Assembly: GCF_016432865.1 (NCBI RefSeq)
Contig: NC_067399.1
Span: 569,594,001 to 569,658,000 of the forward strand
Direction of reading: 5' to 3'
Length of the DNA stretch: 64,000 nucleotides
Source of the DNA: Antechinus flavipes
Taxonomy: Eukaryota
The notes beneath the pieces are model-generated. The model had not been told where the DNA came from. It saw nothing but the letters and a program-made list of their open reading frames with translations, and made no database searches. Positions 24,331-37,589 of this stretch are shown here, in pieces (position 1 is the first letter of the stretch; the number at the start of each line of letters is the position of its first letter). Both the position numbers and the translations under genes were made by a program.

Positions 24331-27300
24331 AAGTGACATGGGCCTCCAGCCCCTATCGAGGGATCTTGTCAGCTTCCTCCTATGACTTGAAAGCGGGGTT
24401 TCTTCCTGAGGGGAGAGTGCCAATTTCACCTAATCCAGTGGAGGGCGTTCACCCCATCTTGGTTTCTCACTGCCGCTTCCGTCAAAAATATCTAGTTAGT
24501 CCAGTTGTCTCTTTTTACAGACGTTTCCATCTATTTTCCTTCTTTCCTTGCTTGATAACTGTGAATTTTCTTTAAAGGAGAAAGTAGGGGCCTTTCTTCA
24601 TAGGGATTAGGATCTTTTCTTTGTGCCTTTTTTCCACAGTACTCAACGAAGACTTCAATATTCATGTGGATGACTGATCTACTTAATCCAATTTCCTTTT
24701 CAATTCACACTAGTATAGTGACTTTACTGTATTTTGGAATTATACCATCTCCAAAATGTAGAACTTTGAAATTCTGCTTTTTCGATTCATTTTCATTATC
24801 CTAAGCTACTCCTGTTTTCTTACTAAATTTATTTGCTTTTGGTGACTTCTAATCCTTAACTTCTCCCCATTTTTTCAGTTATTTTAGTTCCATTTATGTC
24901 TCTAGGGAGCCTTCATACTATTGCCTAACACTTTAATGTTTTATAAATTACTATCCTAGAAGTCCCCCTAATTTTAAGTAAGCTAGTACTAAATTACAAT
25001 TATTCATTAGTGTTTTCAGGCCAATTATATCAAACCGGTTTTAGCCACTACAAATTTATGGTTCTTACTTAACCATGCTGCTGTATCACAGTTGTGCCCT
25101 TCCTCTATCAGCTTCATCTCATTTCATTAATTTTTTTTCCTTTTGCCCCTAATTGTACTCTACTCCCATACTTAACATGGGTGATGATTTTCTACTTCAT
25201 TGAAAAGACTCAACACTCTCCTGTGTTCACTCTTTCAGATGCCTTCCTCCATTCCTCATAACTTGTAAGCATCATTACTACTCTCTCCTTCCTTCGGGCC
25301 ATAGATTAATCTTTATTCCTATTCCTCATTAAGATTTAATTCCTCCATCACTTTCCTTGCTTTCCTATTCCCTTCTAACCTTTTTGTAGAACTTTGGCTT
25401 TGTGACCATTTCCTTTTGTATCACCTTCATTCTTTCCTTTTCCATTGGCCCTTTCTCATCTACTGATAAATACATCTACATGTTCAGGTCTCTTGAATCC
25501 TGAAAAAAGTCAGCTGTTTCTACCTCTTCTTCACCATGTTACAGTAATTATTTTAATGTTCCTGTTTTCTTTACTTTGCATCAGTTCCTATAAATATTCC
25601 TGTGTTATTCTGAATTTCTCATATTTATTTTCTTGTGGCATAATGAAATAGAATATGTTAATGTACTACAATTTGTTTAATTAGCCATTCCCCAAACAAC
25701 TGACTTTGTTTCCAGTTTTTTTTATTGTTAGAAAAAAGTGTTTTTGTGAATATTTTGGAATAAGAACAATAGCTTTTTAAAAAGACTTTCAAAATCACTT
25801 CTTTATCTCTTCACTGTAAGAATAATCTTATTTATAGATGTTCATGCCACTGTTCTATTGAAAAATCTAAAATGACTTGTGCTTCCTGGATAGATTTCAA
25901 ACTCTTTGTTTTGAATTCAGGACCTTTTACAGGGTGCCATGTCTCCCTCCAGACTCATCTCAAAATGTATCAATTGATGGCCGACATGCCTGTAGTCCAA
26001 CCAAATCACATCCATCCCCCTTCCCAGATCTCTGTCTTTGCTTACATTGTCCCCTTTCCCTAAAATGTCTTTCTTCTTCATCTGCTGACTTTCTATTCCA
26101 TGGAAAGAAAGTTAAGTGACTTATAATCAAAGGATTTGAGTTCAAATATAATCTTGGACCAGTTACTTAATCTTTTCAAATCTCAAGTTTCTCCTGCTAT
26201 AAGATGAGGTAGTTGGACCAGAGGCCTATTTCAGTTATATAAAAAGTTCTTTGAATTGTCCTATAAATCCCAATTCAAATGTTTGCTTCTTTTCTCCTTC
26301 CTATAACAGGTAATAACTTTGTGTCTCACATAGCACTTTATTTTACAGCTCTTTAATGTAGCAAAATGGAAGAGTTCTAGATTGAGTCAGAAGGACCTTG
26401 GTTTAAATCTTGGCTCTGCCATTTATTACCTGTGTGACTATAAGTATGTCACTTAAAACCTCTGGGTCTGAGTTCCTTTCTCTGTAAAAGGAGGTTGACC
26501 TAGATGGTGTCTAAGGCCCCTTTTGTTGCTACTGGCAATCACTCACTGTAATCTGGGTCTTTGGAGGCTAGGCATCTATGTCTTACTTGAACTACTCTTC
26601 CCGGTACCCAGCACAGTAATGTTATACATGTACTAGAAGTTTGCTGAATGAATGAATGAGTAAGGAAGATGGCAAAGAGACACAAAATCACTATCAGAAC
26701 ACAATTGAATATGTGGAGTACAGAAAAGAGGCATCAAAGGTGATTTGATTATTATTTCTGACAGAGCAGCCTGGGGAAAAAATTTCATGGGCAAAATGAC
26801 ATTTGAGTTGGACTTTGACAAATAGGCGGAAATTCTGAAGGCAGAAATAGGTAAAGAGGTTATTTCAGGTATAAGAAACAGGTTAAGCAAAGGAAGAGGT
26901 TTTCTTAGCATGTTTTGGCAGCTGTGCTATGACCTGAGTGAGCCTGAGGCATGAGGGGAGTTGGACTGAATGTTCACAAAGGCAGCATATGGTTTTGAGG
27001 ACTGTTACTTAATCTCACTTTTAATACCTGTTCTTTTTTTTCCCCCAGATATCTGAAACAACAAAAAAGGGAGATGAGATTCCGAAAAATGCGCAGATAC
27101 ATGGAAGCCTCAGGTGCCCTCCAAAGGATCCTGAGTAGGAATGCCATGGACCAGATTCGGTAAGAACAATTAATTAATTGTATTGTCTTTTGTAGCCTCT
27201 GATGTCCTCAGAGTCAGAATCTTGATGAGAAACCTAAGGCCTCTCATGGCCAGGGTGGGAACAGGGCATGGTTCTGGCAGGGGCTTATGGTATATAGTTT

Positions 27301-28194
27301 TAGTGACTCTTTCAATGTTTTAACAGCTTCTTAGAGTCAGACTCAAAGTTGGGATATGTGTGATCTGAGGCTGTTTACATAGTATAATCACTCAAAGATA
27401 GAGAAAGCTCAGTCCATTTTTCTCTACTTATTGAATCAGTTTGTTTGGGACTAGAAATAAATATCTTATTTTGTGCTTTCAGAAGCCTTATTCTTTCTTA
27501 ACCACAAATTTGCTGACATTAGTCTTCACTGCAGCTTAGAATTTGATCCATTCTTTCTAGGTATTTACACAAGGAATTCTCTGAGGACTGGTCAGTTCCC
27601 AGATTAGCTGCAGGCTTTGGAGTCAGCACTGATGTGATCAGAAGGATTTTAAAGAGTAAGTTTGTTCCCACATTGGAGCAGAAAATAAAGCAAGATCAGA
27701 AGATCATCAGTAAAGCTAGGATCATCCGCCATCCACAGACAAAACTGGCTTTACAAGAGCAGCCACCACTGCCATCCTCTACAGGACATCTGGTCTCAGG
27801 AGCTCTGTCAACATCAAGACATGAGGCCCTGCCACAGGTCCATCATAAGCACCAAGATTGCAGTTCAGCTGTACAGAAGAAAGAGAAGAATCCTCAGGCA
27901 TGGAAAACTACAAGAAGCCAGGAAGTTAGGGACAAAGTATCTCAGAAATTGAGGAGGGAGAGGCATGTTTCTCTAGATGCATCCTTGGGTGATCATAGAG
28001 AAAACCATAGTATATGGCCTTCACCCAGGAAGCAGAAGCAAGCGGAAGAATCTCACCCCGATGGGTGGATAAGTAAGGCAGAGGAAAAGGGGGTAAAGGA
28101 AATAGAAACAGATGGCAAGGAGTTCAGCAGCAAAGTGTTTCAAAAAGGAAGGGAGTTCTTTGATAGTAATGGAAACTTTCTTTACAGGATTTGA
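23865..28194 (+). CDS. NGRN: Neugrin, 3 coding exons, 310 aa
   Basis: Exons 23865-24052, 27049-27159, 27561-28194 (933 nt, in phase). RGVAGP...DSDWEPERELRELE...AMDQIRYLHKEFSEDWSVPRLA...DVIRRILKSKFVPTLEQK...FSSKVFQKGREFFDSNGNFLYRI*. Confidence 0.95.
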
Positions 28195-28483
28195 GCAGAA
28201 ATTTGTCATAGTTTTGAGAATGTCACCAAGTAGGAAGAACAGTGCTACCAGTTTTGTATTTTATTTGTACTTGAATATATCATTGTCCCAAGTTGCTATA
28301 TATTAATTAGCCTCCTGGATTAGGAAGTATTGAAGTTCTTGGAGTAAGAGAATTTTCTGTGAAATTCTGGACTTCACTGTACCAAAAGTGGTAAGTCATA
28401 AATGGCAACCATGAGATAGAACAAAACTGTTGGTACCTCTGCCTTTTGATCTCTTGACAATAGACAGCTAGGTGGTTTTATGG

Positions 28484-28684
28484 ACAGAGCAATGGACCTC
28501 GGATTTGTAAGAGAGGAGTTCAGATCACACTCCCTGTGTGACCCTGGGTCACAAGCATTTAACATCTCTCTGCCTTAGTTTCCTTATCTATAAAATGAGG
28601 AAAATAGTAGCACCTACCTTCTTGGGTTGTTGTGAAGATCAAATAAGATATTATTTGTAAAGTGCTATATAAATGTTACTGTTA
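28484..28684 (+). mobile_element. MIR SINE in NGRN 3' region
   Basis: CTGTGTGACCCTGGG...CTCTCTGCCTTAGTTTCCTTATCTATAAAATGAGG...TTGTTGTGAAGATCAAAT...TGTAAAGTGCT. Confidence 0.75.
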
Positions 28685-30089
28685 CCAACAACTGATGATC
28701 CCTGGTATGGTGGTTATAAAATAAGCAGGATATCTTTACCGAAGGGTCTTAATCAAAGTGCAGGGACCCAAGGAACTTATGGTTTTCGTGTTACAAAAAG
28801 TCACTCACATTGTAAGGGGCTGAATTCTGGTGCTTCTGAAATGTGGACAGTTAGGGAGTAGTGGAAAATTATCTGATGGCTTGATAACCCAAATAGCCTA
28901 GAACTTAGCAGAAACTGGTTTTCTTATATGAAAAATTAAATGACATTTAGAGAATTAGGTTAATCTGTCAAAATGTTGATTGGTATCATGAAAGTTGAGT
29001 TATGTGGTGGTGAAGTTGGAAGTGGGGCAGGAGGAAAAACAATAGAACATGAATTTTCATTTTTTTTCTTAGACATTTGAATGTAAATGTTAAGGTTTCT
29101 TTGTTGGGCTTTGCCACACTGCCTATGGGATACACAGAGATCTGTTGAAAGTACTAAGAATCACCCCACATTTTCTGCAAGTCAGTTTTGCTAACAATAA
29201 AGCTATGAAGGTAAGTTAATGTGTTGTTTGTGGCTAGAATTGGCTTACATTCTGTTGTGAAGTAAGACACTGGAAAACATAATAGAACCCAAGGCAAAGA
29301 AATTTGAGGAGAAAAGAAGAGATGAAGGTGATCTGTGAGAAAAAGTAATCCTGGCAGGGCAGACATTTCAGAACCATCATCAGTACAATTTCTAGTCTTA
29401 TATTTCCTTTGTCCTCTCCCTCCTCCCCCCCCAACCCACATACAATCAACTTTTTTGAATCTTTCAAAGACTTCATTCTACTGAATTAGGTTATCCTTTA
29501 TACAAATAGAATCATGTATTTTAGTCTAATTCGTGTATAGTATCTAAATTAGGTCCTGCCACCAAGCTTGTGGCTCAGAATCCATTTATAAACAAGTTGG
29601 GCTCTCACTTCAATATGTTAGTACAGATTGGAATGCTGAAAAATTTAAATGTAGACCAGAGTTTTCTTTTGTTTTTTTCCTAAAACTAGAAGTACTTTCA
29701 TCAAATAAAAAGTTTGATAGTTATCAGATTTTTATAAGAAGGGGGCAAAGATAACTAATACAAAATAGAACATCATGAGTGCATCAGCAAGGTACAAAGT
29801 GCCTAGAGAGTTTAGAAGAGGGAGAAAATCTGTTTGGAGAATTAGCAAAAGTTTCAAGGTAGTTGTATCTTTTGAATACTAAGGATGGATAGGATTTCAG
29901 CAAGTAAAGATGAAGCTAGTTAGATGTTTTAGGTAAAGACAGCAGTAAACACTGGATATTTACATGGAACAGTGAGACTCATTGGTTGTGAGTCATGCTA
30001 GACTATGAAGTGTAAGGACATGAATTTATGATTCTAATATTAGAGATCTAGTACAAACTAGTTCTGATAGTTTGTTGAGGTAAAAATAA

Positions 30090-30225
30090 GGACGGCAGCT
30101 AGTTGGTGCAGTAGATAGAGCACCAGGAACACTTCCTAGCTGTGTGACCCTGGGCAAGTCACTTAATCCCAAATGCCTGGGGTGGGGGGACAAACAGAAA
30201 ATTGTTATATCTAAAAAATAATAAT
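30090..30225 (+). mobile_element. WSINE1-like short marsupial SINE
   Basis: GGCAGCTAGTTGGTGCAGTAGATAGAGCACC...CTAGCTGTGTGACCCTGGGCAAGTCACTTAATCCCAAATGCC; a second copy lies at about 30422-30560. Confidence 0.7.
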
Positions 30226-30747
30226 GATAGTGGAATGAGGAAGGGCCAGAGTTAAGGATTATCATAAAATTGGCACTGATGACTAGCTTTGTAATGAGTA
30301 CTCCTTATATTAATCATCCTTTAAGTAGGGGACTAAAAATAAATATTTTGAGCACTCAGAAATATATAAAGTACTATGTGTTAGTCAATATAGGACATAC
30401 ATAAGTTAAAGAGACAATCCTTGGGGGAAGCTAAATGGCACAGTGAATAAATTACTCACCCTATAGACAGGAATACTTAGCACTTAACACTTAATAGCTG
30501 TGTGACCAAGGCACTTGACCTGAATTGCCTCACCAAAAAAAGAAAAGAAAAGAAAAAGAAATCCTTTCTGGTGAAAAGAGCCCTGTCCTGGGAGTCAGAA
30601 GCTTTGGGTTTTAGTTTCAGCCATTTAATTTCTAATTTGGGGCAAGTTTTAACCTCCCTGAAACTTACCTTTTTAAGCTATTAAATGATAGTTGGATTAG
30701 ATGATTCTCATAAGGTTACATATATATTTTAAACATTTTGATTGTAT

Positions 30748-31450
30748 TGTTCTGGTTGGTGAGATAAGATTATTAAATATGAAGGGATTAATCAGGCAAG
30801 TGATATTGATGTGGGTGAATGCCCTAAAAAATTGTGTCCCGTTTTGATCTGTAAAATTAAACCTCGGAAATTGTGTACCTTTTGATCTGTAAAGAAGGGA
30901 GATTCCAGTCTCAGGCCCTCCTGGGAAGCATATCTCCCCAGACAAATTAAGTGGCTTCATCGACTGGGCCTTTTCTAAGGCAAATCCAAATTACTCCCCA
31001 TCCCCTTTGATAGCTGGATCCTCATTCAGGAAGCCTTCAAAGTGATTTCCATTCATTTGGAGAGCTGAGCCCTGATATTGATAAGCATCTAGACCTGAGG
31101 ACTTTGGCTTTCTTATCCATTTGAAACCTGAGCTTCAGATTTTCTATTAAAGGGCAATTTTAAATTCATTTCTTTGCAAAGCAGGACTATGCCTTGTCCT
31201 TTGGCATAGCTGCCTGTCAGAACTCCTGCTCACTGTGAAGGTAATTCTTTTCTCAGTGCTAAACCCCATTTCCCTAATAAGACTTTGCCACTTGGAAGTC
31301 AATCTTCCTAGCAAAGCTGGCCTCTCATCCAACAATAAACTTCCCCTTTTGCCACTTAAAACTTTTTGGGTTCGTGAATTCTTTCACGAAGAACCTGCGC
31401 CTCCGATCAAAAAGGGATTCCCACAACTCTCTGCCACTAGAACACCATCA
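30748..31450 (+). mobile_element. Solo retroviral LTR, 703 bp, 4-bp TSD
   Basis: Begins TG (30748), ends CA (31450); GTAT at 30744-30747 and 31451-31454; AATAAA at 31335-31340; imperfect internal direct repeat AAATTGTGT..CTTTTGATCTGTAAA near 30829 and 30868. Confidence 0.7.
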
Positions 31451-31639
31451 GTATCAGAAGGAATTTAATAAGGTTTATCTGTTTACATGGGAGGATAATA
31501 TTTGTAAGAACTTTCTCATTATTATGGCAATTAGAGGGAGTATATATTATAAGAATTTTGAAGCAAATTTCTCTGATAAGGACTCATTTCTCAAATACAT
31601 GGAACTGAGTCAAATTTGTTAAAAAAAAAAAAAAAAGAT

Positions 31640-32900
31640 AATAACCATGCCTCAATTGATAAATGATCAAAAGGTATAATCTATGCCCAAAGGGCTATAA
31701 ATTCATACATATCCTTTGACCTAACAATACCACTATACTAGGCATAAATTCAGAAACAGGTTTTTAAAAAAGGAAAAGGGCCTATATATACAAAAAAATT
31801 TTCTATTAGCAACACTCCTTAGGGCAAAAAATTTGAAATTGAGGGGATACCCATAATTAGGGAATGGCTGAATAAAATGGTATGTGTTTATGATGGAATA
31901 TTATTGTTTTATGGAAAATTATAAGCAAGATATTCTCAGAAAAACCTGGAAAGTCCTCCATGAACTCAAGTAAAGTGAAATGTACTGTTTACAAAGTAAT
32001 AGCAATGTTCTGGGATGATCAGTTGTAAATGTCTTTGCTATTCACAGCAGTACAATGATCCATTACTATTCTGAAGGACTTAACGACAGAGAATCTAGCC
32101 ATACCCAGAGAAGGAACTGATTTTGTCTGGATACAGATTGAAGTATACTTTCTCCTTTCTATTTTATTTTTCCCGAGGGCTTTTTCCTAGGGTGGGAGAT
32201 CTATGTTTTCTTTTATAACATGACTTTTATGGGAAAAGTTTTGCATAACTTCACAGGGCTTGTGTTTCTTAATGGGGGCTTGAAGTGGGAATAACTGAGA
32301 ATCAGGAATTCAAAAGTTTAAAAAACAAATATAAAAAAATATAACGGGGGGAAAATATAAAATTTTTAAAATAAAGCATTTGTTGAAAAAGTTAAAAAGT
32401 TATTAAATATGTATATGAAAGGTAAATGATTAATAAAAATGCAAGACAATAATCATAAAATTTCAGACTTTAGAATTGAAGGTTTTAAGCCCACATCAAT
32501 TCTTTTCAGACAAGATATTCTTTCTGATTTTCAGAGGAGAAAATTAAGGATCAGATAAAAGTTAATGGTTTGCCTTAGGTCATAGAGCTATTTGGTAGCA
32601 GTTAGGACTGCTAACACAGGGCTCCCAATTCCCCCTGCAGGGTTTTTTCCACTAAACTATACAACTTTCCTCTAAGGGAAAGATGGATCATTGTTTCAAA
32701 ATAGTCTTAAAAAAGAATGCTCTGATGAACATGAAAATATCTTTAGAAAAATTGCACATATTTAACCATATTGGATTGCTTCCTATCTATGGGAGGAGGA
32801 TGGGGGCAAGGAGAAAAATTTGCAACACAAGGTTTTGCAAAGGTGAATGGTGAGAACTATCTTTGCATGTATTTGGGAAAATAAAATGGTATAACAAAAC
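31640..32900 (+). mobile_element. Degenerate L1 3' fragments (ORF2 end/3' UTR)
   Basis: CATATCCTTTGACCTAACAATACCAC, GGAATGGCTGAATAAAATGGTAT, GGAAGGA-type tail and A-rich ends; boundaries approximate. Confidence 0.65.
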
Positions 32901-35472
32901 AATTTTTAAGAAGTGAGTGCTATTTGGGTATCAAAATTCCCAATAGATTAGAAAAAGTAGATAATATTTAGAGAAAATTGCCTATAGTGAAGAACTGCCT
33001 TTATAAGAAAATATTTAATAAACATTCATTAAGCATCTCTGTGTTAGGCATGGTGCTAAGCTCTGGGGCTACAGAAAGGCAAAAGGCAGTCCCTGACCTC
33101 AAGGAGCTCAAAATCGAATGCCACATGCAAACAAATATGTAAAAACAAACCCCTAAAAATATAAATAGAAAATATTTAAACCTGGGAAGGCTCTAGATTC
33201 AAGAAGAGTGAGGGAAGTCTTCCTGTAGGCTATAGGTTTTTAGTTGGTACTTAAGAGGAAACCAGAGTAGTCAGTAAATAGAAATGAGGCAGAACATTCC
33301 AGGAATAGCTGGAGCTAGGAAGCTAGTGTCTCCCTGAGTCAATGAGTAAGATAAAAACTAGAAAGAAAGGGATACAGGGTGGGAGATGGGGAAAGGTGAG
33401 CATGGGAATGTCTGACATAATTGGACCAGTGCTTAAAGAAAAATAATTGGAGACCAAATGTAAACAAACATGTGCTGTGCCATGTTTTTTTTTTTTTTTT
33501 TCCCTTCGTGGTTTTTCCCTTCTGATTTTTCTCTCCCAACATGGTTCATAAATGTACATGTACAACCATAAAAAAATAAAAAAAATTATATTTGGAGAAA
33601 AAATTTAAAAGAAAAAATGACTGGTGGCTCAACAGAGAATGGATTGAATTGGGGAGAGACTTAAAAGTGGGCAGACTTGCCGGTGCTATTGAAAAAGTTA
33701 TTTTTGTACATTTCTATGATTTAGGGACCTAGTAAGATTTTGAACAAGCTTTAAGGCAGAGTATGCCCTGTATTAATAAGTGGCTCTACTGCCTTTCAGG
33801 GCATTCTTCTCAATATAGCATATATCTGAGACAAGCATTCTTTCTCACTTAAGTATTTCAAAATCTTTGAGTATTTTATTTAGCAAGGCCTATCTCAGTC
33901 TCTGCGTTATGAATAATTCAAACTTAACTAGGCTGCCAGTCATTAAGACCATCATCCAACTTTGTAGAATCTTCTGGAACTAGAAAAACTTGCCTAGCCT
34001 TTGAAGATTAGGCATAATGCTTGAGTGTGTGGTTCTCAGCACCATGATATAATCCCACAAAGTCAATGCAATACATATCAACCTCTTTAAGGTTTGCAAA
34101 GCACTTTACATGTATCATTTCATTTGATTCCCACAATTACCCTGTGAAGTAAATTACAATATTCCTATTTTATAGATGAGGAAATTAAGGTTCAGAAGTT
34201 GTGATATGTCAAGAGTCAGGGCTCAAATTTAGTTTTTCCTGACTCCTAAGTTTATCACCCCAACCACCTATCACCCAATTTATAGTAATGCAGAATGAAG
34301 CAAGAAAAGATGGGAAACATTTCTATACAGTGTGTTGTGAAGGAAGAGCAGAGGGTGATGTGGGATTCCCTCTAAGACTTCATTCAACATTTCAATTTGG
34401 GACTGTCTTTTTATCTTCTCATCACTGGCCTAGTCTATATCCTTAACACACAATACACACTCAGTGGAGGGGAGAGCAAAAGACTAGCCCAGATCTGTGA
34501 GGAGATAGCTGGGCAATTATAGACTAAGGGGAGATCCAGCAGTTTTCAGTAGTCTTGGAGAGATTTTCATTCTGTGGGAAGGTGGAGAGTATAAACTCAG
34601 CTGTAGTCCTCTTTGTGAAATTTCTACAAGGATCCAAACCAGTTCTAGTGGTTTGTATAGGTAGCAGTGGAATAGGGAAGGGCCAAATAATGAAGTGTAC
34701 TACAATACTAATTCAAATAGCAAGAATTTACATTTCTTGCAGGAAGCAGGGCCATACCCTTTTGAGAGGCACAGCTGTTTATTAACGGCCAGAACCAGCA
34801 GTTATACCCTATAATCTCACCCTTCTCCCTCATCCCCTTCTCAGGATTTCCATTGGAGGAGATCCTTCCAAAAACGTATTTCATGATACTCCCACTATGT
34901 ACACACTCTGATATGTTTCCATGGTCCCGCCTCACCTTGCCATATCATATGTTCAAAACCAGCAGCTAGCTAGCTCCTTAAGGAGAAGCTAATACATATG
35001 AGGCTTATTAAACTTATTCAATTAAAACTTTAGTTTCCCCAGAGCATAAACCAGTATATTCAACCAACACCTGCTATTCTATTGACTAAAGACATTCTTT
35101 AATTCTTTTCAGCCTGAATGTATTGGCCCTAAAGCATATTACATGCTTTTCTGCCGAGGGAAAGGGAAGCTATTAGACTGAAAATTTGCAACTGTGGAAA
35201 CAGAAACCTTACAATTTTACTTCTTACACCTATGATAATGCCCATTCCCCACTAATTCCGCCCCCTGGTCTCTTATGTCCCGAAGTCTCTGTGTTTCTCC
35301 ACTGCCCAGCCAGACGCCTCCCCAGGAGGGTGCTGGATAGAAGTCCCGTTGATAGCCTTTTGGATCCCACAAAGCCAGTTGGGGCGGGCTTCCGGGAACG
35401 CAGGGGGCGCTGTGCTTGGCCACAGGCGTCAAGGCCGTCTCCAGCGCGCCCTCCCTGGCACAGGCCGCCGCG

Positions 35473-36654
35473 ATGAGCTCGGACGCAGCGCTGCTTCTGG
35501 AAGCGGCCGACTTCGCCGCCAGGAAGCACCGCACTCAGCGGCGGAAGGACCCAGAGGAGACCCCATACATCAATCACCCCATCGGTGGGTCCCTGGTCAG
35601 GGCGGCGGCTCCGCCGCTTGGGGGCCGTCCAGCCCCTGCCTAACCTGTGTGCTCTGCTCTGCTCTGCCCTGCAGGTGTGGCTCGTATCTTAACCCACGAG
35701 GCGGGAATTACGGACATCGCGGTGCTACAGGTAACAAGGACCTTGCCCCGGGCTGGGAGAGGGAGGGTGGACGCTCCCCGCACCGGGACCCCCAGCTCCG
35801 GGGAGGACCTTCCCGGCAGAAGCGGAAGTCGCTCTTAGCCCAGCAGCGTGTGTTGTGTGCCTTCCCAGGCTGCCTTGCTTCACGATACTGTGGAAGATAC
35901 AAATACCACCTTGGAAGAAGTGGAAGAACATTTTGGGGCAGAGGTGAGGCGCATAGTGGATGAAGTGACAGATAACAAGGAGTTGCCCAAGCTGGAGCGA
36001 AAAAGACTGCAGGTGGAGAAGGCCTCGCAGAGCAGCCGGGCTGCCAAGTTGGTGAAACTGGCAGATAAGCTGTACAACCTTCGGGACCTGAACCGTCGAA
36101 CTCCCAAAGGTATTCATACCTTCGGGGGGTGTGACGGTGTATATACAGAGATATATAGCCATCCTTTCCACTATTATCAGAGTTGTGGTTTAGAGAAGAA
36201 GGGGGGGAGATCTCTTTTGTGGATATAGAGATTAGTCACTTGTCAAAGGAAAAAAGATTTGTTAATTTCTTTGGCATTTCAAGCTTTCACTTGATACAAT
36301 GTACTTTGTCCCTTTTGACCTTATATCATTTATCTTGGACTTTCATCCAAAAGAAGTCATTCCAAGAGGAGATGTTTATTTTTAATAAGAAGCTCAGCTT
36401 TTTCTATTATTATTTCATGCCAGAACAGTACATTAACCCTTTCACGGACTGATAGACTTCTGATGCAAAGCTATGTGTTAATTGATTACTTGTGGTCATG
36501 AAAACAACTCTGTCACTCTACAGGATGGTCTGAGCAGAGAGTTCAGGAGTACTTTGAGTGGGCAGCTCAAGTGGTAAAAGGCCTTCAGGGCACCAGCCCA
36601 CAGATGGAAAATGCACTGCTAAAACTGTTCCAAGAACGAGGACTGTCACTGTGA
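35473..36654 (+). CDS. HDDC3: HD domain-containing 3 / MESH1 (ppGpp and NADPH phosphatase), 4 exons, 179 aa
   Basis: Exons 35473-35584, 35675-35730, 35869-36109, 36524-36654 (540 nt). MSSDAALLLEAADFAARKHRTQRRKDPEETPYINHPIGVARIL...AALLHDTVEDT (HD motif)...LVKLADKLYNLRDL...GWSEQRVQEYFEWA. CpG island about 35230-35900; AATAAA 36993-36998. Confidence 0.97.
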
Positions 36655-37400
36655 GCAGCAGGGGGAAACTAGAAATGTGATCAAGATTTCAGCCTGTCTT
36701 AGATCAAGAAGAGGATTCAAAAATCAATTCTGAAATTTGTTTTTGTGCTGATATTGACGCCCCCAAGGCATACTAATTCCTTTAACAGAAGATTACAGAC
36801 AAGGAAGGACTCCTGTTTTCTTCCAGTACTTGAGTAAAACAATGATTTGTAAAAATTAGAATGTTTTTTATTCTTGTTGTAACCTGTAATACTTCTCTGG
36901 GTCCTTGAACTTCTTTCTGAATTGGGTTTACTGATCATACTGAAGACATAAAACCACTGATTTGTTTTGTTTTGTTTTATAAATCCGATGAAAATAAAAG
37001 GGCCTGCAAAAATACTTATAATTGTTTCTGTTCGTTGACAGGGAAAATGAAATAGAGGAAGGAGTCCTGGGTTTGTAATTCGACTACCTCTATCTGAACC
37101 TTGGCTCTGGTGCTTACCATATAAGTTTAGGCAAACCACTTAATGTCTCTTTCTTCATCTGTTTTAAAATGAGGTAATTGGACAAAATTAACTTTAAATC
37201 ACTTTCCAGCTCTTGAACTTTGGTGCCAATCTTAAATTGGATAGTCGCAGGATGATTAGCATTTAGAGAACTGACTGAATCTGGTCTAGGTAACAGCTTT
37301 TCACTGTGTTCTGTATAGTTTTGACTGTCAGCCGTCTGATGTTTTTGGACCTGCTGACAAACTAAAACTGTTTACCTCAAACCTGTTCATACTTCCCGGG

Positions 37401-37589
37401 CAGGGGTCCTCAAACTATGGCCTGCCAGATGGGGCAGCTGAGGACGTTTATCCCCCTCACCCAGGGCTATAAAGTTTCTTTATTTAAAGGCCCACATAAC
37501 AAAGTTTTCGTTTTTACTATAGTTCGGCCCTCCAACAGTCTGAGGGACAGTGAACTAGCCCCCCTATTTAAAAAGTTTGAGGACCCCTG
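37401..37589. mobile_element. 189-bp non-autonomous hAT MITE, OC1 (OposCharlie1)-like
   Basis: Perfect 16-bp TIRs CAGGGGTCCTCAAACT (37401-37416) and AGTTTGAGGACCCCTG (37574-37589). No 8-bp TSD match (TTCCCGGG vs GAGCTCCT). Family name from recalled TIR similarity. Confidence 0.8.

Noticed and set aside
35186-36228. Long overlapping ORFs (up to 204 aa) around HDDC3
   Set aside because: Explained by HDDC3 exons, read-through into short GC-rich introns and antisense shadows.
6831-36654. GDPGP1 and MESH1, two guanine-nucleotide clean-up enzymes, within about 28 kb as a possible functional cluster
   Set aside because: Vertebrate gene neighbourhood is weak evidence of a shared pathway; they have separate CpG promoters and unrelated genes between them.
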